From contig OZ024741.1 of the NCBI GenBank assembly GCA_964016885.1, forward strand, positions 262,198,001 through 262,262,000: 64,000 nucleotides of DNA, in the 5' to 3' direction. The notes beneath the pieces are model-generated. The model was not told the origin of the DNA. It searched no databases and saw only the letters and a list, made by a program, of their open reading frames with translations. Positions 25,601 through 40,600 of the stretch are shown here, piece after piece. The translations under genes and the position numbers were made by a program. This DNA is from Eledone cirrhosa (taxonomy: Eukaryota). Position 1 is the first letter of the stretch. Each line of letters opens with the position of its first letter.

Positions 25601-28600
25601 GCTTACGAGTGTTTCGGCTTACGAGTGTTTCGCCTTACGAGTGTTCCGACTTACGGGTGCTTCGACTTACGAGTGTTTGGGCTTACGGTATTTCGGCTTA
25701 CGAGTGTTTCGAGTTACGAGTGTTTTGACTTACGCGTGTTTTGACATACGAGTTTTTCGATACGAGTGTTCTTACTTACGAGTGTTCTGATTACGAGTGT
25801 TCTGACTTACGAGTGTTCCGACTTTACGAGTGTTTCGGCTCACGAGTGTTTCGGCTTACGAGTGTTTCGACTTACGAAAATAACAAATAGACGCGGTTTC
25901 AAATCTCTATGCTTTTCAAATTCATTACATTAATCTTTATTTATACGTTTCGCTTTACGAGTGTTTCGACTTACGAGTGTTTCGACATACGAGTGTTTCG
26001 ACTTACGAATGTTTTTGCTTACGAGTGTTTCGGCTTACGAGTGTTCCGACTTACGAGTGTTTCGGCTTACGAGTGTTTCCGGCTTACGAGTGTTTCGACT
26101 TACGGGTGTTTCGACTCACGAGTGTTCTGATTTACGAGTGTTCTGACTTGCGGGTGTTCTGATTTACGACTGTTCCGACTTACGAGGGTTCTGACTTACG
26201 AGTGTTCCGACTTACGAGTGTTTCGGCTATGAGTGTTTCGACTTATGGGTGTTTCGACTTACGAGTGTTTTTACTTACGGTGTTTCGGCTTACGAGTGTT
26301 TCGACATACGAGTGTTTTGACTTACGGGTGTTTCGACTTACGAGTGTTTTGACTTACGAATGTTTTTACTTACGGGTGTTTCGGCTTACGAGTGTTTCGA
26401 CTTACGAGTGTTTCGGCTTACGAGTGTTTCGACTTACTAATGTTTTTACTTACGAGTGTTTCGGCGTACGAGAGTTTTGACTTACGAGTGTTTCGACTTA
26501 CGAGTGTTCTGACTTACGAGTGTTGCGACTTACGAGTGTTCCGACTTACGAGTGTTTCGGCTTACGAGTGTTTCGGCTTACGAGTGTTTCGACTTACGAG
26601 TGTTCCGACTTACGGGTGCTTCGACTTACGAGTGTTTGGGCTTACGGTATTTCGGCTTACGAGTGTTTCGAGTTACGAGTGTTTTGACTTACGCGTGTTT
26701 TGACATACGAGTTTTTCGATACGAGTGTTCTGACTTACGAGTGTTCTGATTACGAGTGTTCTGACTTACGAGTGTTCCGACTTTACGAGTGTTTCGGCTC
26801 ACGAGTGTTTCGGCTTACGAGTGTTTCGACTCACGAAAATAACAAATAGACGTGGTTTCAAATCTCTATGCTTTTCAAATTCATTACATTAATCTTTATT
26901 TATACGTTTCGCTTTACGAGTGTTTCGACTTACGAGTGTTTCGACATACGAGTGTTTCGACTTACGAATGTTTTTGCTTACGAGTGTTTCGGCTTACGAG
27001 TGTTCCGACTTACGAATGTTCCGACTTACGAGTGTTTCGGCTTACGAGTGTTTCCGGCTTACGAGTGTTTTGACTTACGGGTGTTTTGACTTACGGGTGT
27101 TTCGGCTTACGAGTTTTTCGACTTACGAGTGTTTTGACTTACGAGTGATCTGATTTACGGATGTTTCGACATACGAGTGTTTCGACTTACGAGTGTTTCG
27201 ACTTATGAGTATTTCGACTTACGAGTGTTTCGACTTACGAGTGTTTCGACTTACGAGTGTTCCGACTTACGAGTGTTTCGGCTTACGAGTGTTTTGGGTT
27301 ACGAGTGTTTCGACATACGAGTGTTTCGACTTACGAGTGTTCCGACTAACGAGTGTTCCGACTTACGAGTGTTTCGGCTTACGAGTGTTTCGGCTTACCA
27401 GTGTTTCGACTTACGAGTGTTTTAACTTACGTGTGTTTCGGCTTACGAGTGTTTCGACTTACCAGTGTTTTTACTTACGGTGTTTCGGCTTACGAGTGTT
27501 TCGACATACGAGTGTTTTGACTTAAGGGTGTTTCGACTTACGAGTGTTTCGACTTACGAGTGTTTCGGCTTACGAGTGTTTTGACTTAAGGATGTTTCGA
27601 CTTACGAGTGTTTCGATACGAGTGTTTCGACTTACGAGTGTTTTGACTTACGGTGTGTCGGCTTACGAGTGTTTCGACTTACGAGTGTTTTGACTTACGG
27701 GTGTTTTGACATACGATTGTTTCGATACGAGTGTTCTGACTTACGAGTGTTCTGACTTACGTGTTTTGACTTACGAGTGTTCTGACTTACGAGTGTTCCG
27801 ACTTACGAGTGTTCCGACTTACGAGTGTTTCGGCTTACGAGTGTTTCCGGCTTACGAGTGTTTCGACTTACGAGTGTTTTGACTTACGGTGTTTCGGCTT
27901 ACGAGTGATTCGACTTACGAATGTTTTGACTTACGGGTGTTTCGGCTTGCGAGTGTTTCGACTTACGAGTGTTTCGGCTTATGAGTGTTTCGACTTACTA
28001 ATGTTTTTACTTACGAGTGTTTCGGCGTACGAGTGTTTTGACTTACGAGTGTTTCGACTTACGAGTGTTTTGACTTACGAATGTTTTGACTTACGGGTGT
28101 TTCGGCTTACGAGTGTTTCGACTTACGAGTGTTTCGGCTTGCGAGTGTTTCGACTTACTAATGTTTTTACTTAAGAGTGTTTCGGCGTACGAGTGTTTCG
28201 ACTTACGAGTGTTTTGACTTACGGTGTTTCGGCTTACGAGTGATTCGACTTACGAATGTTTTGACTTACGGGTGTTTCGGCTTGCGAGTGTTTCGACTTA
28301 CGAGTGTTTCGGCTTATGAGTGTTTCGACTTACTAATGTTTTTACTTACGAGTGTTTCGGCGTACGAGTGTTTTGACTTACGAGTGTTTCGACTTACGAG
28401 TGTTTTGACTTACGAATGTTTTGACTTTCGGGTGTTTCGGCTTACGAGTGTTTCGACTTACGAGTGTTTCGGCTTGCGAGTGTTTCGACTTACTAATGTT
28501 TTTACTTAAGAGTGTTTCGGCGTACGAGTGTTTCGACTTACGAGTGTTTCGACTTACGGGTGCTTTGACTTAAGGGTGTTTCGACTTACGAGTGTTTCGA

Positions 28601-31600
28601 CTTACGAGTGTTTCGGCTTACGAGTGTTTTGACTTAAGGATGTTTCGACTTACGAGTGTTTCGATACGAGTGTTTCGACTTACGAGTGTTTCGACTTACG
28701 AGTGTTTCGACTTACGAATGTTCTGACTTACGAGTGCTCTGACTTACGAGTGTTCTGATTTACGAGTGTTCTGACTTACGAGTGTTCTGACTTACGAGCG
28801 TTCTGATTTACGAGTGTTCCGACTTACGAGTGTTTCGGCTTACGAGTGTTTCGGCATACGAGTGTTTCGACTTAGGAGTGTTCCGACTAACGAGTGTTCC
28901 GACATACGGTGTTTCGGCTTACGAGTGATTCGACTTACGAGTGTTTTGACTTACGGGTGTTTTGACTTACGGGTGTTGTGAATTACGAGTGTTCCGATTT
29001 ACGAGTGTTTTGACTTACGGTGTTTCGGCTTACGAGTGTTTTCAGCTTACGAGTGATTCGACTTACGAGTGTTTTGACTTACGGGTGTTTTGACTTACGG
29101 GTGTTGTGAATTACGAGTGTTCCGATTTACGAGTGTTTTGACTTACGGTGTTTAGGCTTACGAGTGTTTCGATTTACGAGTGTTTCGGCTTATGAGCGTT
29201 TCGACTTACGAGTGTTTTGACTTACGCGTGTTTTGACATACGAGTGTTTCGACTGACGAGTGTTTCGATACGAGTGTTTCGACTTACGAGTGTTCTGACT
29301 TACGAGTGTTCTGACTTACGAGTGTTCTGACTTACGAGTGTTTTGACTTACGAATGTTTTTACTTACGGGTGTTTCGGCTTACGAGTGTTTCGACTTACG
29401 AGTGTTTCGGCTTACGAGTGTTTCGACTTACTAATGTTTTTACTTACGAGTGTTTCGGCGTACGAGAGTTTTGACTTACGAGTGTTTCGACTTACGAGTG
29501 TTCTGACTTACGAGTGTTGCGACTTACGAGTGTTCCGACTTACGAGTGTTTCGGCTTACGAGTGTTTCGGCTTACGAGTGTTTCGACTTACGAGTGTTCC
29601 GACTTACGGGTGCTTCGACTTACGAGTGTTTGGGCTTACGGTATTTCGGCTTACGAGTGTTTCGAGTTACGAGTGTTTTGACTTACGCGTGTTTTGACAT
29701 ACGAGTTTTTCGATACGAGTGTTCTGACTTACGAGTGTTCTGATTACGAGTGTTCTGACTTACGAGTGTTCCGACTTTACGAGTGTTTCGGCTCACGAGT
29801 GTTTCGGCTTACGAGTGTTTCGACTCACGAAAATAACAAATAGACGTGGTTTCAAATCTCTATGCTTTTCAAATTCATTACATTAATCTTTATTTATACG
29901 TTTCGCTTTACGAGTGTTTCGACTTACGAGTGTTTCGACATACGAGTGTTTCGACTTACGAATGTTTTTGCTTACGAGTGTTTCGGCTTACGAGTGTTCC
30001 GACTTACGAATGTTCCGACTTACGAGTGTTTCGGCTTACGAGTGTTTCCGGCTTACGAGTGTTTTGACTTACGGGTGTTTTGACTTACGGGTGTTTCGGC
30101 TTACGAGTTTTTCGACTTACGAGTGTTTTGACTTACGAGTGATCTGATTTACGGATGTTTCGACATACGAGTGTTTCGACTTACGAGTGTTTCGACTTAT
30201 GAGTATTTCGACTTACGAGTGTTTCGACTTACGAGTGTTTCGACTTACGAGTGTTCCGACTTACGAGTGTTTCGGCTTACGAGTGTTTTGGGTTACGAGT
30301 GTTTCGACATACGAGTGTTTCGACTTACGAGTGTTCCGACTAACGAGTGTTCCGACTTACGAGTGTTTCGGCTTACGAGTGTTTCGGCTTACCAGTGTTT
30401 CGACTTACGAGTGTTTTAACTTACGTGTGTTTCGGCTTACGAGTGTTTCGACTTACCAGTGTTTTTACTTACGGTGTTTCGGCTTACGAGTGTTTCGACA
30501 TACGAGTGTTTTGACTTAAGGGTGTTTCGACTTACGAGTGTTTCGACTTACGAGTGTTTCGGCTTACGAGTGTTTTGACTTAAGGATGTTTCGACTTACG
30601 AGTGTTTCGATACGAGTGTTTCGACTTACGAGTGTTTTGACTTACGGTGTGTCGGCTTACGAGTGTTTCGACTTACGAGTGTTTTGACTTACGGGTGTTT
30701 TGACATACGATTGTTTCGATACGAGTGTTCTGACTTACGAGTGTTCTGACTTACGTGTTTTGACTTACGAGTGTTCTGACTTACGAGTGTTCCGACTTAC
30801 GAGTGTTCCGACTTACGAGTGTTTCGGCTTACGAGTGTTTCCGGCTTACGAGTGTTTCGACTTACGAGTGTTTTGACTTACGGTGTTTCGGCTTACGAGT
30901 GATTCGACTTACGAATGTTTTGACTTACGGGTGTTTCGGCTTGCGAGTGTTTCGACTTACGAGTGTTTCGGCTTATGAGTGTTTCGACTTACTAATGTTT
31001 TTACTTACGAGTGTTTCGGCGTACGAGTGTTTTGACTTACGAGTGTTTCGACTTACGAGTGTTTTGACTTACGAATGTTTTGACTTACGGGTGTTTCGGC
31101 TTACGAGTGTTTCGACTTACGAGTGTTTCGGCTTGCGAGTGTTTCGACTTACTAATGTTTTTACTTAAGAGTGTTTCGGCGTACGAGTGTTTCGACTTAC
31201 GAGTGTTTTGACTTACGGTGTTTCGGCTTACGAGTGATTCGACTTACGAATGTTTTGACTTACGGGTGTTTCGGCTTGCGAGTGTTTCGACTTACGAGTG
31301 TTTCGGCTTATGAGTGTTTCGACTTACTAATGTTTTTACTTACGAGTGTTTCGGCGTACGAGTGTTTTGACTTACGAGTGTTTCGACTTACGAGTGTTTT
31401 GACTTACGAATGTTTTGACTTTCGGGTGTTTCGGCTTACGAGTGTTTCGACTTACGAGTGTTTCGGCTTACGAGTGTTTTGACTTAAGGATGTTTCGACT
31501 TACGAGTGTTTCGATACGAGTGTTTCGACTTACGAGTGTTTCGACTTACGAGTGTTTCGACTTACGAATGTTCTGACTTACGAGTGCTCTGACTTACGAG

Positions 31601-34600
31601 TGTTCTGATTTACGAGTGTTCTGACTTACGAGTGTTCTGACTTACGAGCGTTCTGATTTACGAGTGTTCCGACTTACGAGTGTTTCGGCTTACGAGTGTT
31701 TCGACATACGAGTGTTTCGACTTAGGAGTGTTCCGACTAACGAGTGTTCCGACATACGGTGTTTCGGCTTACGAGTGATTCGACTTACGAGTGTTTTGAC
31801 TTACGGGTGTTTTGACTTACGGGTGTTGTGAATTACGAGTGTTCCGATTTACGAGTGTTTTGACTTACGGTGTTTCGGCTTACGAGTGTTTTCAGCTTAC
31901 GAGTGATTCGACTTACGAGTGTTTTGACTTACGGGTGTTTTGACTTACGGGTGTTGTGAATTACGAGTGTTCCGATTTACGAGTGTTTTGACTTACGGTG
32001 TTTAGGCTTACGAGTGTTTCGATTTACGAGTGTTTCGGCTTATGAGCGTTTCGACTTACGAGTGTTTTGACTTACGGGTGTTTTGACATACGAGTGTTTC
32101 GACTGACGAGTGTTTCGATACGAGTGTTTCGACTTACGAGTGTTCTGACTTACGAGTGTTCTGACTTACGAGTGTTCTGACTTACGAGTGTTCCGACTTA
32201 CGAGTGTTCCGACTTACGAGTGTTTCGGCTTACGAGTGTTTCGGCTTACGAGTGTTTCGACTTACGAGTGTTTCGACTTACGAGTGTTCCGACTTACGGG
32301 TGTTTCGACTTACGAGTGTTTTGGCTTACGGTGTTTCGGCTTACGAGTGTTTCGAGTTACGAGTGTTTTGACTTACGCGTGTTTTGACATACGAGTGTTT
32401 CGATACGAGTGTTCTGACTTACGAGTGTTCTGACTTACGAGTGTTCTGACTTACGAGTGTTCCGACTTTACGAGTGTTTCGGCTCACGAGTGTTTCGGCT
32501 TACGAGTGTTTCGACTTACGAAAATAACAAATAGACGCGGTTTCAAATCTCTATGCTTTTCAAATTCATTACATTAATCTTTATTTATACGTTTCGCTTT
32601 ACGAGTGTTTCGACTTACGAGTGTTTCGGCTTACGTGAGTTTCGACTTAAGAGTGTTCTGATTTACGAGTGTTCTGACTTGCGGGTGTTCTGATTTACGA
32701 GTGTTCCGACTTACGAGGGTTCTGACTTACGAGTGTTCCGAATTACGAGTGTTTCGGCTATGAGTGTTTCGACTTATGGGTGTTTCGACTTACGAGTGTT
32801 TTTACTTACGGTGTTTCGGCTTACGAGTGTTTCGACATACGAGTGTTTTGACTTACGGGTGTTTCGACTTACGAGTGTTTTGACTTACGAATGTTTTTAC
32901 TTACGGGTGTTTCGGCTTACGAGTGTTTCGACTTACGAGTGTTTCGGCTTACGAGTGTTTCGACTTACTAATGTTTTTACTTACGAGTGTTTCGGCGTAC
33001 GAGAGTTTTGACTTACGAGTGTTTCGACTTACGAGTGTTCTGACTTACGAGTGTTCCGAGTTACGAGTGTTCCGACTTACGAGTGTTTCGGCTTACGAGT
33101 GTTTCGGCTTACGAGTGTTTCGCCTTACGAGTGTTCCGACTTACGGGTGCTTCGACTTACGAGTGTTTGGGCTTACGGTATTTCGGCTTACGAGTGTTTC
33201 GAGTTACGAGTGTTTTGACTTACGCGTGTTTTGACATACGAGTTTTTCGATACGAGTGTTCTTACTTACGAGTGTTCTGATTACGAGTGTTCTGACTTAC
33301 GAGTGTTCCGACTTTACGAGTGTTTCGGCTCACGAGTGTTTCGGCTTACGAGTGTTTCGACTTACGAAAATAACAAATAGACGCGGTTTCAAATCTCTAT
33401 GCTTTTCAAATTCATTACATTAATCTTTATTTATACGTTTCGCTTTACGAGTGTTTCGACTTACGAGTGTTTCGACATACGAGTGTTTCGACTTACGAAT
33501 GTTTTTGCTTACGAGTGTTTCGGCTTACGAGTGTTCCGACTTACGAGTGTTTCGGCTTACGAGTGTTTCCGGCTTACGAGTGTTTCGACTTACGGGTGTT
33601 TCGACTCACGAGTGTTCTGATTTACGAGTGTTCTGACTTGCGGGTGTTCTGATTTACGACTGTTCCGACTTACGAGGGTTCTGACTTACGAGTGTTCCGA
33701 CTTACGAGTGTTTCGGCTATGAGTGTTTCGACTTATGGGTGTTTCGACTTACGAGTGTTTTTACTTACGGTGTTTCGGCTTACGAGTGTTTCGACATACG
33801 AGTGTTTTGACTTACGGGTGTTTCGACTTACGAGTGTTTTGACTTACGAATGTTTTTACTTACGGGTGTTTCGGCTTACGAGTGTTTCGACTTACGAGTG
33901 TTTCGGCTTACGAGTGTTTCGACTTACTAATGTTTTTACTTACGAGTGTTTCGGCGTACGAGAGTTTTGACTTACGAGTGTTTCGACTTACGAGTGTTCT
34001 GACTTACGAGTGTTGCGACTTACGAGTGTTCCGACTTACGAGTGTTTCGGCTTACGAGTGTTTCGGCTTACGAGTGTTTCGACTTACGAGTGTTCCGACT
34101 TACGGGTGCTTCGACTTACGAGTGTTTGGGCTTACGGTATTTCGGCTTACGAGTGTTTCGAGTTACGAGTGTTTTGACTTACGCGTGTTTTGACATACGA
34201 GTTTTTCGATACGAGTGTTCTGACTTACGAGTGTTCTGATTACGAGTGTTCTGACTTACGAGTGTTCCGACTTTACGAGTGTTTCGGCTCACGAGTGTTT
34301 CGGCTTACGAGTGTTTCGACTCACGAAAATAACAAATAGACGTGGTTTCAAATCTCTATGCTTTTCAAATTCATTACATTAATCTTTATTTATACGTTTC
34401 GCTTTACGAGTGTTTCGACTTACGAGTGTTTCGACATACGAGTGTTTCGACTTACGAATGTTTTTGCTTACGAGTGTTTCGGCTTACGAGTGTTCCGACT
34501 TACGAATGTTCCGACTTACGAGTGTTTCGGCTTACGAGTGTTTCCGGCTTACGAGTGTTTTGACTTACGGGTGTTTTGACTTACGGGTGTTTCGGCTTAC

Positions 34601-37600
34601 GAGTTTTTCGACTTACGAGTGTTTTGACTTACGAGTGATCTGATTTACGGATGTTTCGACATACGAGTGTTTCGACTTACGAGTGTTTCGACTTATGAGT
34701 ATTTCGACTTACGAGTGTTTCGACTTACGAGTGTTTCGACTTACGAGTGTTCCGACTTACGAGTGTTTCGGCTTACGAGTGTTTTGGGTTACGAGTGTTT
34801 CGACATACGAGTGTTTCGACTTACGAGTGTTCCGACTAACGAGTGTTCCGACTTACGAGTGTTTCGGCTTACGAGTGTTTCGGCTTACCAGTGTTTCGAC
34901 TTACGAGTGTTTTAACTTACGTGTGTTTCGGCTTACGAGTGTTTCGACTTACCAGTGTTTTTACTTACGGTGTTTCGGCTTACGAGTGTTTCGACATACG
35001 AGTGTTTTGACTTAAGGGTGTTTCGACTTACGAGTGTTTCGACTTACGAGTGTTTCGGCTTACGAGTGTTTTGACTTAAGGATGTTTCGACTTACGAGTG
35101 TTTCGATACGAGTGTTTCGACTTACGAGTGTTTTGACTTACGGTGTGTCGGCTTACGAGTGTTTCGACATACGAGTGTTTTGACTTACGGGTGTTTTGAC
35201 ATACGATTGTTTCGATACGAGTGTTCTGACTTACGAGTGTTCTGACTTACGTGTTTTGACTTACGAGTGTTCTGACTTACGAGTGTTCCGACTTACGAGT
35301 GTTCCGACTTACGAGTGTTTCGGCTTACGAGTGTTTCCGGCTTACGAGTGTTTCGACTTACGAGTGTTTTGACTTACGGTGTTTCGGCTTACGAGTGATT
35401 CGACTTACGAATGTTTTGACTTACGGGTGTTTCGGCTTGCGAGTGTTTCGACTTACTAATGTTTTTACTTACGAGTGTTTCGGCGTACGAGTGTTTTGAC
35501 TTACGAGTGTTTCGACTTACGAGTGTTTTGACTTACGAATGTTTTGACTTACGGGTGTTTCGGCTTACGAGTGTTTCGACTTACGAGTGTTTCGGCTTGC
35601 GAGTGTTTCGACTTACTAATGTTTTTACTTAAGAGTGTTTCGGCGTACGAGTGTTTCGACTTACGAGTGTTTTGACTTACGGTGTTTCGGCTTACGAGTG
35701 ATTCGACTTACGAATGTTTTGACTTACGGGTGTTTCGGCTTGCGAGTGTTTCGACTTACGAGTGTTTCGGCTTATGAGTGTTTCGACTTACTAATGTTTT
35801 TACTTACGAGTGTTTCGGCGTACGAGTGTTTTGACTTACGAGTGTTTCGACTTACGAGTGTTTTGACTTACGAATGTTTTGACTTTCGGGTGTTTCGGCT
35901 TACGAGTGTTTCGACTTACGAGTGTTTCGGCTTGCGAGTGTTTCGACTTACTAATGTTTTTACTTAAGAGTGTTTCGGCGTACGAGTGTTTCGACTTACG
36001 AGTGTTTCGACTTACGGGTGCTTTGACTTAAGGGTGTTTCGACTTACGAGTGTTTCGACTTACGAGTGTTTCGGCTTACGAGTGTTTTGACTTAAGGATG
36101 TTTCGACTTACGAGTGTTTCGATACGAGTGTTTCGACTTACGAGTGTTTCGACTTACGAGTGTTTCGACTTACGAATGTTCTGACTTACGAGTGCTCTGA
36201 CTTACGAGTGTTCTGATTTACGAGTGTTCTGACTTACGAGTGTTCTGACTTACGAGCGTTCTGATTTACGAGTGTTCCGACTTACGAGTGTTTCGGCTTA
36301 CGAGTGTTTCGGCATACGAGTGTTTCGACTTAGGAGTGTTCCGACTAACGAGTGTTCCGACATACGGTGTTTCGGCTTACGAGTGATTCGACTTACGAGT
36401 GTTTTGACTTACGGGTGTTTTGACTTACGGGTGTTGTGAATTACGAGTGTTCCGATTTACGAGTGTTTTGACTTACGGTGTTTCGGCTTACGAGTGTTTT
36501 CAGCTTACGAGTGATTCGACTTACGAGTGTTTTGACTTACGGGTGTTTTGACTTACGGGTGTTGTGAATTACGAGTGTTCCGATTTACGAGTGTTTTGAC
36601 TTACGGTGTTTAGGCTTACGAGTGTTTCGATTTACGAGTGTTTCGGCTTATGAGCGTTTCGACTTACGAGTGTTTTGACTTACGCGTGTTTTGACATACG
36701 AGTGTTTCGACTGACGAGTGTTTCGATACGAGTGTTTCGACTTACGAGTGTTCTGACTTACGAGTGTTCTGACTTACGAGTGTTCTGACTTACGAGTGTT
36801 CCGACTTACGAGTGTTCCGACTTACGAGTGTTTCGGCTTACGAGTGTTTCGGCTTACGAGTGTTTCGACTTACGAGTGTTTCGACTTACGAGTGTTCCGA
36901 CTTACGGGTGTTTCGACTTACGAGTGTTTTGGCTTACGGTGTTTCGGCTTACGAGTGTTTCGAGTTACGAGTGTTTTGACTTACGCGTGTTTTGACATAC
37001 GAGTGTTTCGATACGAGTGTTCTGACTTACGAGTGTTCTGACTTACGAGTGTTCTGACTTACGAGTGTTCCGACTTTACGAGTGTTTCGGCTCACGAGTG
37101 TTTCGGCTTACGAGTGTTTCGACTTACGAAAATAACAAATAGACGCGGTTTCAAATCTCTATGCTTTTCAAATTCATTACATTAATCTTTATTTATACGT
37201 TTCGCTTTACGAGTGTTTCGACTTACGAGTGTTTCGGCTTACGTGAGTTTCGACTTAAGAGTGTTCTGATTTACGAGTGTTCTGACTTGCGGGTGTTCTG
37301 ATTTACGAGTGTTCCGACTTACGAGGGTTCTGACTTACGAGTGTTCCGAATTACGAGTGTTTCGGCTATGAGTGTTTCGACTTATGGGTGCTTCGACTTA
37401 CGAGTGTTTTTACTTACGGTGTTTCGGCTTACGAGTGTTTCGACATACGAGTGTTTTGACTTACGGGTGTTTCGACTTACGAGTGTTTTGACTTACGAAT
37501 GTTTTTACTTACGGGTGTTTCGGCTTACGAGTGTTTCGACTTACGAGTGTTTCGGCTTACGAGTGTTTCGACTTACTAATGTTTTTACTTACGAGTGTTT

Positions 37601-40600
37601 CGGCGTACGAGAGTTTTGACTTACGAGTGTTTCGACTTACGAGTGTTCTGACTTACGAGTGTTGCGACTTACGAGTGTTCCGACTTACGAGTGTTTCGGC
37701 TTACGAGTGTTTCGGCTTACGAGTGTTTCGACTTACGAGTGTTCCGACTTACGGGTGCTTCGACTTACGAGTGTTTGGGCTTACGGTATTTCGGCTTACG
37801 AGTGTTTCGAGTTACGAGTGTTTTGACTTACGCGTGTTTTGACATACGAGTTTTTCGATACGAGTGTTCTGACTTACGAGTGTTCTGATTACGAGTGTTC
37901 TGACTTACGAGTGTTCCGACTTTACGAGTGTTTCGGCTCACGAGTGTTTCGGCTTACGAGTGTTTCGACTCACGAAAATAACAAATAGACGTGGTTTCAA
38001 ATCTCTATGCTTTTCAAATTCATTACATTAATCTTTATTTATACGTTTCGCTTTACGAGTGTTTCGACTTACGAGTGTTTCGACATACGAGTGTTTCGAC
38101 TTACGAATGTTTTTGCTTACGAGTGTTTCGGCTTACGAGTGTTCCGACTTACGAATGTTCCGACTTACGAGTGTTTCGGCTTACGAGTGTTTCCGGCTTA
38201 CGAGTGTTTTGACTTACGGGTGTTTTGACTTACGGGTGTTTCGGCTTACGAGTTTTTCGACTTACGAGTGTTTTGACTTACGAGTGATCTGATTTACGGA
38301 TGTTTCGACATACGAGTGTTTCGACTTACGAGTGTTTCGACTTATGAGTATTTCGACTTACGAGTGTTTCGACTTACGAGTGTTTCGACTTACGAGTGTT
38401 CCGACTTACGAGTGTTTCGGCTTACGAGTGTTTTGGGTTACGAGTGTTTCGACATACGAGTGTTTCGACTTACGAGTGTTCCGACTAACGAGTGTTCCGA
38501 CTTACGAGTGTTTCGGCTTACGAGTGTTTCGGCTTACCAGTGTTTCGACTTACGAGTGTTTTAACTTACGTGTGTTTCGGCTTACGAGTGTTTCGACTTA
38601 CCAGTGTTTTTACTTACGGTGTTTCGGCTTACGAGTGTTTCGACATACGAGTGTTTTGACTTAAGGGTGTTTCGACTTACGAGTGTTTCGACTTACGAGT
38701 GTTTCGGCTTACGAGTGTTTTGACTTAAGGATGTTTCGACTTACGAGTGTTTCGATACGAGTGTTTCGACTTACGAGTGTTTTGACTTACGGTGTGTCGG
38801 CTTACGAGTGTTTCGACTTACGAGTGTTTTGACTTACGGGTGTTTTGACATACGATTGTTTCGATACGAGTGTTCTGACTTACGAGTGTTCTGACTTACG
38901 TGTTTTGACTTACGAGTGTTCTGACTTACGAGTGTTCCGACTTACGAGTGTTCCGACTTACGAGTGTTTCGGCTTACGAGTGTTTCCGGCTTACGAGTGT
39001 TTCGACTTACGAGTGTTTTGACTTACGGTGTTTCGGCTTACGAGTGATTCGACTTACGAATGTTTTGACTTACGGGTGTTTCGGCTTGCGAGTGTTTCGA
39101 CTTACGAGTGTTTCGGCTTATGAGTGTTTCGACTTACTAATGTTTTTACTTACGAGTGTTTCGGCGTACGAGTGTTTTGACTTACGAGTGTTTCGACTTA
39201 CGAGTGTTTTGACTTACGAATGTTTTGACTTACGGGTGTTTCGGCTTACGAGTGTTTCGACTTACGAGTGTTTCGGCTTGCGAGTGTTTCGACTTACTAA
39301 TGTTTTTACTTAAGAGTGTTTCGGCGTACGAGTGTTTCGACTTACGAGTGTTTTGACTTACGGTGTTTCGGCTTACGAGTGATTCGACTTACGAATGTTT
39401 TGACTTACGGGTGTTTCGGCTTGCGAGTGTTTCGACTTACGAGTGTTTCGGCTTATGAGTGTTTCGACTTACTAATGTTTTTACTTACGAGTGTTTCGGC
39501 GTACGAGTGTTTTGACTTACGAGTGTTTCGACTTACGAGTGTTTTGACTTACGAATGTTTTGACTTACGGGTGTTTCGGCTTACGAGTGTTTCGACTTAC
39601 GAGTGTTTCGGCTTGCGAGTGTTTCGACTTACTAATGTTTTTACTTAAGAGTGTTTCGGCGTACGAGTGTTTCGACTTACGAGTATTTCGACTTACGGGT
39701 GCTTTGACTTAAGGGTGTTTCGACTTACGAGTGTTTCGACTTACGAGTGTTTCGGCTTACGAGTGTTTTGACTTAAGGATGTTTCGACTTACGAGTGTTT
39801 CGATACGAGTGTTTCGACTTACGAGTGTTTCGACTTACGAGTGTTTCGACTTACGAATGTTCTGACTTACGAGTGCTCTGACTTACGAGTGTTCTGATTT
39901 ACGAGTGTTCTGACTTACGAGTGTTCTGACTTACGAGCGTTCTGATTTACGAGTGTTCCGACTTACGAGTGTTTCGGCTTACGAGTGTTTCGGCATACGA
40001 GTGTTTCGACTTAGGAGTGTTCCGACTAACGAGTGTTCCGACATACGGTGTTTCGGCTTACGAGTGATTCGACTTACGAGTGTTTTGACTTACGGGTGTT
40101 TTGACTTACGGGTGTTGTGAATTACGAGTGTTCCGATTTACGAGTGTTTTGACTTACGGTGTTTCGGCTTACGAGTGTTTTCAGCTTACGAGTGATTCGA
40201 CTTACGAGTGTTTTGACTTACGGGTGTTTTGACTTACGGGTGTTGTGAATTACGAGTGTTCCGATTTACGAGTGTTTTGACTTACGGTGTTTAGGCTTAC
40301 GAGTGTTTCGATTTACGAGTGTTTCGGCTTATGAGCGTTTCGACTTACGAGTGTTTTGACTTACGCGTGTTTTGACATACGAGTGTTTCGACTGACGAGT
40401 GTTTCGATACGAGTGTTTCGACTTACGAGTGTTCTGACTTACGAGTGTTTTGACTTACGGGTGTTTTGACTTACGGGTGTTGTGAATTACGAGTGTTCCG
40501 ATTTACGAGTGTTTTGACTTACGGTGTTTAGGCTTACGAGTGTTTCGATTTACGAGTGTTTCGGCTTATGAGCGTTTCGACTTACGAGTGTTTTGACTTA